Part shown: positions 1 through 13,323 of the stretch, piece by piece
Layout: every line of letters starts with the position of its first letter
How positions within the stretch are numbered: the first letter of the stretch is position 1
Source of the DNA: the human T2T-CHM13v2.0 reference genome, Homo sapiens
DNA length: 64,000 nt
Assembly (NCBI RefSeq): GCF_009914755.1
Contig: NC_060930.1
Strand: one strand, 5' to 3'
Notes under the pieces: model-generated
What the model was told of the DNA's origin: nothing
Seen by the model: the letters and a program-made list of their open reading frames with translations, nothing else
Database searches by the model: none
Made by a program: the position numbers and the translations under genes

Positions 1-1499
1 AAGTTGACAACTACCTTATGTTGCTAATATTATCACATGCTGAGTTCTATTTTCCTACTGAAACTAGGAAAAGAAAATTAGAACTCACAAGACTACATTA
101 AATGTTGATATTTTTGGTATTTTAATGTAGCCTTAAAAGATTCCAATTTCAATTTCATGTTTTCACTTTTTAAGTGTATAGTTATTCCAGCTATGGTAAG
201 AAATTTAAAAAAAATTCTAGCAGTCTGGAATTCAAAAACTACCTACTCATTTTGAAACTGTACAGTGAACCAGAGACTATTTTGTAGTGTATTTACATTT
301 TATACAATTCTTTCATTTTTCATTTAACAGCCACACATACAAACACTCTAGGAAGCATCCCTAAGACATTGACTTCTAAAGGAATCTCTATCTTGTTTTT
401 ACTAATTTAGCAAGACCTTGCTGTTAACTAATTGTTCTGGAATACTTCCTTCCAGAAAATTATTATAAAAAACGATACAGTTTTGTTACTACTAGCAAGA
501 AGAGCTGGCTCCAGATATCTGGTGTTAAAGGGTGTAAATCCTCAGCATTGCAAAGACATAGCAGAGTTACATAGCTGTTCTTCAACATCGAATAATTCCA
601 TTTCCAAAGACCATGATTGATTTTGTTCACTGAGCTCAAGGTGCTCAAAGCATATTATCTTCAAGAAAAATTCTTCCTTCTTTTTTTCTATATCCATTAC
701 ACACCACACAGACTCTCCTCAGAGATAAATGTAAAGCCATGACTGGAAAAAATAATTCAAAATAGGAGATAGTGGTTCTCACATTATTTTCATGTAAGCA
801 ATAGAAAACTGCATGGTATCACCAATATGTTCTTAATCATATTTAGATAGTAAAATGGATGACAGTCCAAGAATTTTATTAAGAAACATTAAAGGAGGAG
901 TCAAAACCTACTTGGAATCTGGGAATTTAGTGTACTAGAACTGAAGTTTCACCCCCGGGCTAACCATTATGCAACATGTTACCAAGCAACAGGAACATTC
1001 TTTTCTCCCTGAAGTATAAAGGCTAGGAGAATGGAAGCCTATACATTATAGGATCAAAAATCACTCAGCTATAGCCTGTAGGTGTTATGGCTTTTTTTGA
1101 GAATGCTTGTATTTTTGAAGTGAGTCACATGTTTTACAAAATGATACCGAGTGCCCTTGTTTCTATGAAATCCATGACTCAAGTTTTCCAGTTTTTAGAA
1201 ATTATTTGTCTGGATTTGGCCTACCTGAAATCTCTGACTTTATTATGTGCACTAATACATATGTCCATCTAAAAGATATAGTATCAAAGGAAGAAACATG
1301 TGCTCTTTTGTATGGTCATTAAACAAAATGTTGGCACATATTTTAAAAATGTAAGCTCCATCCAAATTGATGTATTCCTAGTCCTGTGTTGCATTCTATA
1401 CCTTTACATCTCTTTCTCTAATGCCCATTATGCTCTTTTTTCATCCCCATCCACCTCTACCAACCTAATTGGTTATATTCTCTTTATTCCTTAGATTCT

Positions 1500-1765
1500 A
1501 ATCTATACATCACTTATTCCAGGGAAACTCTCCTGACCCTTTTCATACCAAAATCTACCCAGTCTGGGTACAGTGCTCCTCTTTTACATTCTTTGAAGTT
1601 TTTTTTTTTTAAACTTACATTATTGTTAAATTACTAATCCAAGATATGTTTTCTTGGTTCCTGTATGTTTCCATACTCTACTGCACAGCAGGAGAATAGG
1701 GATTGAATGAATCTATATCATTCATTTTTGTATCTCTAGTTCTTGGCACTGAACTTACATGTCTT
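1500..1765 (+). mobile_element. Degraded L2 LINE 3' fragment
   Basis: L2-like motifs 'ccagggaaactctcctgacc' and 'tttttgtatctctagttcttggcac'; heavily diverged, boundaries approximate. Confidence 0.45.
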
Positions 1766-1770
1766 GAGCT

Positions 1771-2760
1771 TGTGTTAATTATTAATTGCCACCAGAATAT
1801 TGCTTAACAAACAGCCAAAAACTTAGTGACATGTAACATAAACCTTTATTTATCTTCCAAGTCAGCTGTCCTTCTCACAGAAACTTGAGAGCCCAAGTTT
1901 CTACATTTACAGACTCAGTTCCTTCTACACCAGGGTGACAGTGCTTTTACCAGTACAATTTCTTCTTAACCTTTAAATGTGTCTAACTGAATCTACTTAT
2001 ACTGTAAAAGCCACACACGCCGTTCTTTTAAAGGCATGCCTCTCTTCAGACTGAATCGTTGCTACTTTGGGCTAGAGGATCTTTATCCAAATGAGAAAAT
2101 CTACAAGGTATTGCCTTGACTTTTTTAGAGGTTCTAAGAAAGCATCTAAGGCATCACGCTTAATTTGATTCTTAATTAAGCCTTGTGGCCACGTTGAGAA
2201 AATTTTAAGAACTTTCGCTGGCAGAAGATTAGAAATACGTTTGTTATCCAACCATGCAAGTTTTATCCCCTCTACATCACCTCTAAATTCAGCTTGCAAA
2301 GTGGTCAGTACTTTTAAATTTTCTTTTCCTCTCCTCCTCTTCCTCCTCTTTTTCCTTCTCCATCTCCTTGCTGTTGTACTGATTACTCGTCTATCTCTTT
2401 CTTGTCCTACCTTACATGTAGCTAAAACTAGCCAGCTGATACTTTGAACATTTTGTCATTTTGTTTGGCTATCTTTTGGCTAAATCCAAAAGATTATTAG
2501 TTCATTTTCTATCTTTCAAGTCACTACAACTACAACGTGTAATTAAAAATAATATTTTCCCCTGTATTCATGGATTCCTATTTTCCCAGCCTCCCCAAAT
2601 GATGATTTGATTATTATCTGCTATGTGTGCCCTAAATCAATGCCACAGCTTTTCTTTATTGCAGCACCTTGTTACTTTTGTCAAATTCCACACAGTTATC
2701 CATTGGCACAATGAATTTTACATTTACTGATGGAAAACATATGACAGAGGCTTTCAGGTA
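1771..2760 (-). mobile_element. MLT1-type ERVL-MaLR: LTR end plus internal sequence (degraded)
   Basis: 'tgtgttaattattaattgccac...aacaaacagccaaaaacttagtg' resembles the reverse complement of an MLT1 LTR 3' end. It is followed by MaLR-internal-like sequence ending 'gcagcaccttgttacttttgtcaaatt'. Confidence 0.6.
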
Positions 2761-3050
2761 TAACGTGATTATGTGCAAAATTTTATTATTCTACAGGGCA
2801 GTCAAAGGTTTATTCAAAACATAGAGCCCTCTATAGCTTTCCTATTTTAATTATCTGTTAAAAGTCATTGATTTTGAAGTGTAGGTAATGAAGTTAGGAA
2901 TGAAAAGCAAGTGGGTTATTCCATCCTAGGTAGAACGTTTTAATTTTTGGTACTGAGCAAAAGAGGATTTTTCTTGGGAGATTTTTCTCTTTCTTTCTTG
3001 TTTTCTCTGTCTCTCTCTCCCTTTCTTTTTTTTTCCTTTAACTTTTACAG

Positions 3051-3113
3051 CCTTCCTCTGCAAAGTACATTCTAAATTCCAGCTCATTTATCTTCAGACA
3101 ACTTCTAAGGAAG
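3051..3113 (+). CDS. Candidate 63-nt phase-0 cassette exon (PSSAKYILNSSSFIFRQLLRK), overlapping a MIR
   Basis: ~50-nt polypyrimidine tract ending ttttacAG at 3050; open 21 codons; AAG|gtagga donor at 3114. Confidence 0.25.
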
Positions 3114-3185
3114 GTAGGAAGCAATTATCATTATGCTCATTTAACAGATGAGGAAACTGGGCCACAAAGAGGTTAAGTGACTTAT
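3080..3185 (-). mobile_element. MIR fragment
   Basis: MIR core 'ctcatttaacagatgaggaaactgggccacaaagaggttaagtgactt'. Confidence 0.8.
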
Positions 3186-3570
3186 TAATTATAACGGCTA
3201 TAACCAAGGAATGCATAGTATCACAATAAAGGTAATAACCAAAGATATCGTCACATAAACCATCGTTACTCAAAAGAGCTAAGTGTATTGATCATTTTGG
3301 CTCACCCACATGACCTCAACTGCTTGATTATATTAAGTTTCTAAAACATTTGCCTTACAGCATTGGGGCAGATACAGCTATAACATGTTCTTTATAGTCT
3401 GCCACTTATTCTGATCTTACCAGCTCAATAGTCTTCTAAAATTAAGTTATGCTGGGGTGATTGTATATGATAGTATATGGTGGGGTGATAGTATATGTTT
3501 TGAAGTCTGAATTGCTAGTGTGGCATGCCTGCAATAATTTTTTTGAGAGCTTGAGTGATTTTGCTTTCAG

Positions 3571-3588
3571 TATACTACAAGAATGTAA
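3571..3588 (+). CDS. Candidate last coding exon portion, YTTRM* (or a 14-nt exon if the donor at 3585 is used)
   Basis: Acceptor ttttgctttcAG at 3570; TAT ACT ACA AGA ATG TAA; consensus donor AT|GTAAGT at 3585; followed by a long repeat-free T-rich tract. Confidence 0.4.
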   Translation, partial: YTTRM

Positions 3589-5430
3589 GTAACTTTTCCA
3601 TTGAGAGATAAAATGTAAAAAGTTGGTAGTTTACTGCAAGTCCTTATTAGATCTAAAAACATATACTATTCATTAGAGATTGCTCCTAATTTTGTAAATA
3701 TAGGCAAAACAGAATTGTTGTCCGTTTTTATTTAGAGCAATGGTGGTAATATAAGTATAATATATTTACTGTGAAGAGATTTACTCATTAGCAGAGTAAA
3801 TTCTCAAAATTGCAACGATAGTGTGCTTTTCACATTGAAAAATGTCTTCTGAAATGAATGTTTATTTTCCTCTTGCTATATTGGTGGTAAAATATTTTGA
3901 AAGTTCCACTTTGCATATGCAGAAAATTAACCTAAAAATAATATTTAAAGATGAGAAATATTATCTAGAACTTTTTTGAATTTTAGATATGTTTGGTTTT
4001 AGAGCTTATTCTTTAAATGTTTTTCATATTTTATATAGCAAGATTTCTAGTTAAGTGTAGTTGTCTGTAGGAAAAGGTTTAATAATTATTTGTCAGCACA
4101 TGGTTAGAAATCAGGTTATGTCTTTTAGTTTGCACATGTTTACTATTACGCGGATTCTAATAATTTTCCACCACTATCCAGAAGGAATGCTTTTACAATA
4201 TGACAATTAGAAATTCTTTATGGTACTTCAGTAAGTATAGGGAGGATGTGTAAATAGCTACTCACTTGAGTTGGCTTGTTTATTTAGGTGCTATTAACTA
4301 GCCACATAGCTTTTTCTCATGTCATTTTTATTTATTTTGAGTTGAATAGGGAGTCTTTTCCCTTTTGAGCACTTGTGTTTCTCAGAGATGTATTTTATTT
4401 TGTATGTCTAAGTGAAAATTGAGAAAATACATGTTCTCAGGGACCTGAGGAATGAACATTCATCTTTTCTTTGTAAACCTTTATCGTAGGTTTTTCTATC
4501 ATGGGGATTGAAAGCATAAAGGTCCATATTTGAGACTTGGGAGAATTGTACATGAGACTTTGTGTTTACCTAATGGAGACTGAATTAAGAAGAGATGACT
4601 TTTAAGTGATATTAAGGACATGGTATTAATTGGCCTACTCTATAGATTTATATTGAATTGGGTTCTGAGCAAGAGCTTTGAGATTTGTGTTCATGTAGTT
4701 TTCTTGCCTGAGCTTATTTTACTACCCTATAATATTTAGTGAACTACTTCTGCTCCTTTCCTTGTTGTGAAAAAAAGCGCTATTTTAACTGGCAAAAGTA
4801 AATTAGTACACAATTCTAATTTACATATTGCTTTGTGTTACTTGAGAACCCCTCAATATTCCTTTGCAGATCTAAACTAAAACAAAATGTTCCTCAAACA
4901 TGACATACTGTTCTGACTTGGAAGATGAAATACCTAATATACTTAGGCTTCTAAGCCAAAAACTATTCTTGCCAACTTGCTCACAAATTACTGATTAGGA
5001 AATAGCTATGGCTGTTTAGGACACATAGAAACTTTATTTTTAATTTTTTGTTTGTCTCACATATTGAAGTTTATAGATAATCTTTTTTTTTTCTTTGTGC
5101 TTTAATGAGTTAAACAAAACATAAAAGCTTGATGTGGTTGATCACCAATGTATCTGGGCAGTAAGGTTAGGTTAATGGTTAATATTGTTAATGAAATTTT
5201 TGTTTGTTCATGTTGCTGTGTTCTTCATTGTCCATCAGACATTTTTTTCTAGAAGTCTGGAAGAAATATCGCAGTAAAGATTTTTATAGTCATATAATTT
5301 TCCTAACGCTCCCAAATTATTTTTCCTTTATTAATGGTGTTGAAATATCGAATGTGGGAAATTCACTAATGTTAACATTAGATTACGTGGTAGTATTTTG
5401 TTCAATAAAATAAGGTTGGTATTTTAAAGT
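3589..5430 (+). other. Putative 3'UTR ending at a polyadenylation signal
   Basis: No recognisable interspersed repeat; T/GT-rich on + strand; TGTAAATA at 3693 and 4249; AATAAA at 5404-5409 followed by G/T-rich sequence. Confidence 0.35.
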
Positions 5431-5639
5431 GTCATTATATTTTTATTAGTGTCTAATACAGTTTTAATATAAATTGGTCATGTTTGATATAAATATTTAA
5501 AACATGACTATTTATTATGTCTTTGATTTATTTGTGTAGTAAGGAAGTTATTTTTACTCCCAGAGGTTGTCTCCCTCCCCCTTTCCTCATCTAACACACA
5601 ATTTATTGTACGTGAGGCCTGATCCTATGTTTATTACAG

Positions 5640-5814
5640 GGATTTGCATAAGGACTACAGGAAACCAACACCATTTTACTATGTTCCCATTGCAAGAAAT
5701 AAAATGGTGCCTTTGAGTAAAGCTGCTTCATCAGACACTAGTTCAGCATGCCAAGTTAAAGCCATCAATGGTGAAACAGCAGATGTGAAGGCTAGTTGGC
5801 ATGAAAGCATATGA
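5640..5814 (+). CDS. Candidate alternative terminal exon (DLHKDYRKPTPFYYVPIARNKMVPLSKAASSDTSSACQVKAINGETADVKASWHESI*)
   Basis: Branch-like cctgat and ttattacAG acceptor at 5639; 57 open codons to TGA 5812-5814; in frame with the 3585 donor; AATAAA at 6147-6152. Confidence 0.35.
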
Positions 5815-8800
5815 GTCAAAGACTTTCCTATGGGAAAGAAAGTGCTTCATTACACTTTATCTATAGTGAGAACATTGGGTTTATCAAGCTGTCTGAAAAT
5901 TAGAATATGATGAGTTTTATTACTCTTGCTCTGCCAGAGTGAATTCAATGGTTAAAAAGAAAGCAATAACACCATTTTAGGAATTATAAGAAGTGATTAG
6001 GTTTTTAGCGTATTTAAACTTGGAAGGAGCAGCAACTTTTATCTTCGAAAGTAGCCTCTCTAAAATATCTAAGGGACAGAAGTTTAATCCTTTTCTAATT
6101 GCTACATTTGCAATATGTATTAACGCAGCTTTGGGCGCTTTAACTGAATAAAGAAGTTGTATGCTTGACTGAAGTGTAAAATCTGAGAAACAATGTTTTA
6201 ATTGCCTTGGAAAACATGTGCATGAGGCCCTGCCACTCCAGCATACACTAGTATGCTATGGTTCTCTCCCTCCCTTGTCCTCCCTCCTTTACTCTGTGCA
6301 AGGACCATTCCTGCTGTTTGTCAAGTCAGGTTGGCAGCTCAAACACTGTGTCCCAACTCATCAGTCTTAGGAGAGAGGGCCCCACAGGGAGTGAGAAAAC
6401 TCAAAAGTCAGTTAATACAGTGATGTTGAGCTAACATGTCAAGTGCTGGATAATGGATAATAGTTGTCACTGCAAGAGTTCATAGCCACTGGTTAGGCAA
6501 CATTCTGAAGGAAATTCAAGAAGGACATATTTTGGATGCAAAAAATAGGCTGAGATAAATATTATCCAAAAATACCTTGACATTCTAAAAATTTTAGTGC
6601 TTTATATCTTACATAAAAAAACTAAAATGACAAATTCCATTTCTTCTATATAAATTGCTGAATAGAAGCATCATTTGGTATTTTTAAAACAAACATACAA
6701 ACAAAAAAACCCAGACTCTACTTTGTTAATGTTTTGAGGAAATTATACTTATTGACATTGTGGCTATGAAATATCTATTGATCGTTTTGGGGGTGGGGGG
6801 TGTTGCTGCTCTGACTTTTGAGTATCAGCAAAGACATATTGTTCTCATTTCTTAGATAGCCCATTAATTACAAGGTGAATATCCTGAAATTTGTACTTAA
6901 TTTAAAATATCCTTGGCAGTTTAATGGTCTTGATTTTCCACATTATTATGCTGTCTTTTCAGGGAGAAGCTATTCTTTTGTTGCAAAGGCATTTTAGACT
7001 AATTAGCATCTTTGGTCAGCTGAATTTTCATTTGTTCATTTGTTTTCCTGTCTCTTTCCAAAAGCCACATTATTCTAAAAACAGTAATATCACTTTGTTG
7101 TTTGTTATTAAGAGCTGATTGAAGATACCACATACTAGTTAAGTTTTTTTTTTCTTTCTTTATGAAGCAAAAGGAGATTTACTATTATTTGCTGCTACTG
7201 CCATCTTCAATATTAGACTCTTATTTAAAGATAATACTGTACTATTTTTCCCCTTGGGAGCAAGCAAGATGTCAAGTGATGCACCCTTCTGATGCTCAAT
7301 AATCTTACCACTTTATCATGCATATTTGCAAGGATGAAGCACAGTTTATAAATCATCTCTGTTTATTTTACATTCTTCCCCTTAACTCCAGATAGATCAG
7401 GAAAAGGACAAAATAAATTTTGGTGCTTGTTCATAAGTGTTGATAACTGCAAACTGAATATAATAAATTCCTCAAAAATACTGCTTTAAGAAATTAAACT
7501 TGGTCAAACATTGATGGTAAATGTCTTATTCTTAAAGAGATCTTATTCTGAAACAACTTGAATCTTTGTTTTTATGCTGTGATATTAGTGGCTGTGGCAG
7601 TGCCTAGAATTGTTTAATTGCCTAATGCACAAAGGTGAGCACTTTGATTGATGTGTATTCAGAGAAGTACTTTAATAATTTTATAAATAAAGAACTCTCC
7701 AGATGACTGAATGTGTCTGTGTGTGTATGTACATGAAGAGTGTGTTCTGTAAGAATAAGGTATGCTTTCTTAATTTGAGTTAAATTATGGATGGTTATAT
7801 AATTCATTTTTCTATACCCAGTTTCCATCTTAAATCTATTTAGAGAAAGAATAGTTCAGGGTTGGCGATAAAATGTACTTTTACATTTCCTGATAGTATT
7901 TGAATTATGCTTCTGATTGTCATTAGCCTATTGTATACACCATAGCACAAGTGAGTTCAGTGAAAAGATTTGATTATCTCTAAAGGTAGGTGTTTCATTT
8001 ATTAAGTATTGTAATTACAGCTAATTAGAAGCTACACATTATATTAGTTTGCTTTGTAGGTCCCTTGACTGTTTTCAGAACACTATGAGCTTATGGTTCA
8101 TTTCAATTTATTACAAAAACAATTTAATAAAAGCCAAAGAATTGGGAAACAGCATTACTAATGGATATAATTTATTGTTGAGTCAATATAATAGTTTAAC
8201 ATAATTATTAAAGGCATAGACCAAGTTGTGGCGTGAAATCCTACATTCCTCAATCAATACAGATTTATTTAATTTCTCTGGGTTTCTGCTTTTTTGAATT
8301 TATCTCCCATAGATAAATCGAGAGTATATGTCTTATATATTGTTCGTATTACCACTGAACATGTACTAAATTCCCAATATATATTTGCTATTATCCTTAT
8401 TGTGAGGAGCTTAAATGTTGAATTGTTAAATTTCGGTAGCAGATGAAACCATTTCCCCCAATATGAATACCGTACTTTTGCAAATACAGTTTACCTATGG
8501 TTAATGCTACAATCTGACACTCAGTTGCATTCTCATTTCATTAATAATTTGGTCCTGATTTTAGATTATTAATAAACAAATATTCTGGATTACTCTCTAA
8601 TCTCACTGAAAAGATAAAGTACATCAGGAATCTGTTTCCATGTACACATTACAGATAGTCAATCTTTTAAAACGGATTTTATTATTTTAGTGCAGTTCCA
8701 TGGTCACAGCAAAATCAACATCGTGGGACTTTAAATATATCAATTCACATTCTTCAAGAGTTTTTGTCAGCCTTCTCTTTCAAAACCAGAAAATAAAAAC

Positions 8801-9799
8801 CCAGCCTGACTCCAACAAATAGATATAACTAAACTGAGGGACTTAGGATTCCATATTGTCAGAATGAAAAGTGGTGACAACCCAAGATGGTTATGACTGA
8901 GTGAAATGAATTTTATTAAACACGACCTTTTTTATGATCTACCTGGAAAATTTTAACAATTAGGGAGGTGTTTCAGAAAGGATGCCCCCAATTTGGTGGT
9001 GATAGTTATGATGAGAGTTGTGTTGAAGGAAGTGTTGATTGTGACAGAAGCCCCCTTGGAAATTTAGAAACAAATGTATGTTTGTGAGAAAAAAAATAAT
9101 TAACTTTCAGATAAACAGCAAAAGTTCTTCACAAGAAGCCAAATATACTAGTATTAGCAAAAGGATAACACTTCCAAATTTAGAAATATGTCTGCCTTTG
9201 AAGCTGGCTGAGAACTAATTTTTGTGCAGGCAGGATTCTTGAGATCACTGTTTGTGGCTTTTGTTTTAATGAAGCAGCTTATGAGTAGCATCAAGTCTTC
9301 CAGGCTTTACTTTCAGGACTGCTGTTTCCCTGGGGGCCTAACAATTGCAAGTGGCCCTTTCATTGATTTTTATTACCAATGCCAGAGTGTACATAATCAT
9401 TTTAGTCAAACTCTTACAGCTGAAACAAGTAAATCTATTGCATTTTGAAAATAAAAATAGTGGCTAACCTGTTCCCATCTTTATTTATTATTATTATTTT
9501 TTCTGCATTGTTAGTAACCATGTAATAGCTGTCACGTCTACCTTTCTCACTCATCTTTATTCTGGGTGATGTTTCTTTCCTAATCTCAGGCCTAATGTGT
9601 TGCCCCTGCTGTGTCCTGGAAATGAGGTTGCAGTGATTTACTTTTACTAGCCATTAGAGAAACACTTTAGTATTTTGTCTTATTTCCCTTCTTTGAATTC
9701 CACAAACTTCGAAAGTATCAAAAGTAGTAGTGTACTCTAAAACTCTTCCAAGAAATTTTACTATGTAAGGCTAAGGAATAAACTAGATTTTTATTTTCT

Positions 9800-11169
9800 T
9801 ATGGCTTCTAATAAAACATGTGTGGTTATAGAGCACATGTAATACATCTAGTGCACTGAGGAGTAAAATATGAAATTTCAATTATTTAATTTTTATTAAA
9901 TTGAAATTTTAAAACCAAAGCAGTGCAAGACATTTTTGCAATAAACTTAAACATATATTTCATTTTAACCTTTGCCTCATATAAGATGTTGTATTATAGA
10001 GCATGTGATTTGTGCATGAGTTGTTTCCAACACATCAGTGATGTACTCAGTGGCAATGATTTGATTCAGTTTAAATGATTTCTTCTATGTACTACTGTAA
10101 CATTGTAATGTGTTTATTTGAATATTTTATGTAGGTGAAATAAATTACAATTATAACTATCTAAACCATATGATTATTAAATTGAAATGCATACTATTAT
10201 TTTAATCAAAATATAATTAAATTATTTTTCTAGTTTAAAAATACATATGGGCAAATTTCTAATTTAAAATGAAGTTACACTATTAAGAAGAATTAAATGA
10301 AAATGTAGAAACTGGTACTACAACTGGAAGAGTAAAGAATAAGAGAGTCTGGATAAGGATATGTTAACTGGTTTCACAATGAATGAACATTGCAATTTGC
10401 TGCAACAAAGCAAAATGGAAAAGTTGTTTGTCACATATATATTTTTAAGATATTAAACTGGTCATTATCAACATACATTCTCAGAAAATACAAACTGAAT
10501 TTGATATGCAATTTTTTTTTTCTTAATAGTAAAAAAAAGAAACAAGGAAGTTAACCAAAGTTAGAGTCAAATGTTCAATACATTTAAAAATATGTTTTGA
10601 CAGAGTCTGAAGTTACACTTTTGGACTGTTATACAATGGCTTGGATTTTTAAACAAAGAGACCATTTTTGGATGGAAAGATGGTAACATATGTTATTTCA
10701 ATTATGATTAGTTTGTTACAAAGTTGTAAAAATGAGATTAAAAGAAATATTGTAAATAAGCAAAAGATCTTTAATTAATCAACTAAAAAATTGCCCATAG
10801 TTTACAATAGCTTTCTAACAATAGGAAAAATCAGTTGATCCTAATTTTTAAAAATGGCAAACCAGTGCCTTTTTTAAGATTAGAATGAAGTATACAATAT
10901 GAGAAACTGTCCAATTAATACTTTGGGTACATTTTTTCCTCAAATGACTCCCAGATTTAGGAGAAAAATTTCAATTTTTGAAATAAATAAAGAACTAGTG
11001 GCATAGGTTTTTTTTGTATCTCTTACAGCTATTAAATATTAATTTCAGCTAGAAATAGAAAATTTAGTTTATTACAAGATGGTCACGATGATGGATGCTC
11101 TAGCTATGTTAGGTTAAAAAAAAACACAGATTTATTATAATTTTAAAACAAAAGACTGATGTTTTTCCT
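9800..11169. mobile_element. hAT-Charlie DNA transposon (Charlie5/MER3/MER33-related), left part
   Basis: MER3/MER33-like end 'catgtgtggttatagagcacatgtaatacatctagtgcactgaggag...' followed by decayed transposase-like internal sequence. Confidence 0.65.
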
Positions 11170-13323
11170 TGATGTGATTTGGCTCTGTTTCCCCACACAA
11201 ATCTCATGTCAAATTGTAATCCCCATGTGTTGAAAGAGCGGCCTGATGGGAGATGACTGAATCATGGGGGCATTTTCTAATCGTTTAGCATCATCTCCAT
11301 TTTCAAGTAGTTCTTTATAGCACTGTGAAACAGACTAATATAGAAATTGGTACCAGGAGAGTAGGGGACTGCTCTAAAGATACCTGAACATGTGGAAGCA
11401 ACTTTGGAACTAGGTAACGGGAAGAGATTTGAACAATTCTGAGGGCTCAGAAGAAGACAGGAATATGTGGGAAAGTTAGGAACTTCCTAGAGACTTGTTG
11501 AATGGTTTTGACCAAAATGCTGATAGTGATATGGACAGTGAAGTCCAGGCTGAGGTCGTCTGAGACGGAGATGATGAACTTATTGGGAACTGGAGTACAG
11601 GTCACTCTTGTAATGCTTTAGAAAAGAGACTGGTGGCATTGTGCTCTTGCTCTAGGGATCTGTGGAACTTTGAGCTTGATAGAGATGATTTAGGATATTT
11701 GGTGGAAGAAATTTCAAAGCAGCAAAGTATTCATGATGTGGCCTGGCTTCTACTAACAGCATACAGTCATACATGTTCACAAAGAGATGGTCTGAAATTA
11801 GAACTTATGTTTGAAAGGGAAGCAAAGCATAAAAGTTTGGATAATTTTTAGCTTGAACATGTGGTAGAAAAGAAAAATTCATTTTCTGAGGAGGAATTTA
11901 AGCAACTGGCTGCAGAAATTTGCATAAATGAAGAAGAGTAGAATGTTAATAGCCAAGATAATAAGGAAAATGTCTCCAAGGCATTTCAGAGATCTTTGTA
12001 GCAGCTCCTCCCTTCGCAGGCCTAGAGGCCTAGGAGGGGAAAAAAATGGATTCATGGGCCAGGTCCAGAGCTCTGCAGCTCTGTGCAGCCTCAGGACATG
12101 GCACCCTGAGTAGCAGCCACTCCAGCTCCAGCCATGGCTCTAAGGATCCAAGGTACAGCTCAGGCCATTGTTTCAGAGAGTGCAAGCCCCAAACCTTGGC
12201 AGCTTCCATGTGGTGTTGGGCCTGTGGGTGCACAGAAGGCAAGAATGAGGTTTGGAATCTTCACCTAGATTTTAGAGGACGTATGGAAACACCTGGCTGT
12301 CCAGGCAGAAATTTGCTGCAGGGGTGAAGCCCTCATGGAAAACCTGCAGTAGGTGTGGAGGGGAAATGTGGGGTTGGAGCCCCCACACAGAGTCTCCACT
12401 GGGGCACTGCCTAATGGAAATGTGAGAGAAGGGCCACTGTCCTCCAGACTCTAGAATAGCAGATCCACCAACAGTTTGTATCTTGCACCTGGAAAAGCCA
12501 CAGACACTCAACACTAGCCCGTGAAAGCAGCTGCAGAGGCTGTACCCTAAAGAGCCACAGAAGCAAAGCTGCCCAGGCCTTGGGAGCCCACCTCTTGCAT
12601 CAGCATACCCTGTATGTGAGACATGGAGTCAAAGAAGGTTATTTTGGAACTTTAAGATTTAATGACTGCCCTACTGGATTTTGGAATTCCATGGGGCCTG
12701 TAGCCCCTTAGTCTTGACCAGTTTTTCCCTGTTGCAATGGGAGCATTTACCCAATGCCTAGATCTTCACTGTATCTTGGAAGTAACTAACTTGTTTTTGA
12801 TTTTACAGGCTCATAGGCAAAAGATACTTATCTTGTCTCAGATGAAACTTGGATTGGACTTTTGGGTTAATGCTGGACACTGTTGGAAAAGCATGATTGC
12901 GTTTTGAAATGTGAGAAGGACATGCAATTTGGGAGGGGAAAGGGTGGAATGATTGGTTTGGCTCTGTGTCCCTACCCAAATCTCATGTAGAGTTGTAATT
13001 CCCATGTTTTGAAGGAGGGGCCTGGCAGGAGGTGATTGGCTCATGAGGGCGGTTTTTAATGGTTTAGCACCGTCCTCCCAATGCTGTCTCATAAGTGAGT
13101 TCTCATGAGATCTGATAATTTTAAAGTGTGTGGCACCTACCCCTTCTCTCTCTCCTGCTACCATGTAAGGCATGTCTTGCTTCCCCTTCACCTTCCATCA
13201 TGATCATATGTTTCCTGAGCTCTCCCTAGCCATGTAGAACTTTGACTCAATTAAACCTCTTTTCTTTACAAATTACTCATTTTTAGGTAGTTCTTTATAG
13301 AAGTGTGAAAATGAACTAATAAA
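11170..13323 (+). mobile_element. MSTA-type MaLR provirus: 5' LTR 11170-11342 (internally deleted), internal region, 3' LTR 12950-13323
   Basis: LTRs start 'tgat..tttggctctgt..ccc..caaatctcatg' and end 'ctaata(t/a)a'; classic MST/THE1 internal sequence; tcct on both flanks. Confidence 0.9.

Noticed and set aside
3453-3497. Short tandem tggggtgat(t/a)gtatatg repeats
   Set aside because: Ordinary slippage-scale duplication with no further structure
11633-12514. MaLR internal ORF as an intact or domesticated gene
   Set aside because: Broken by stops and frameshifts into fragments of under 95 aa
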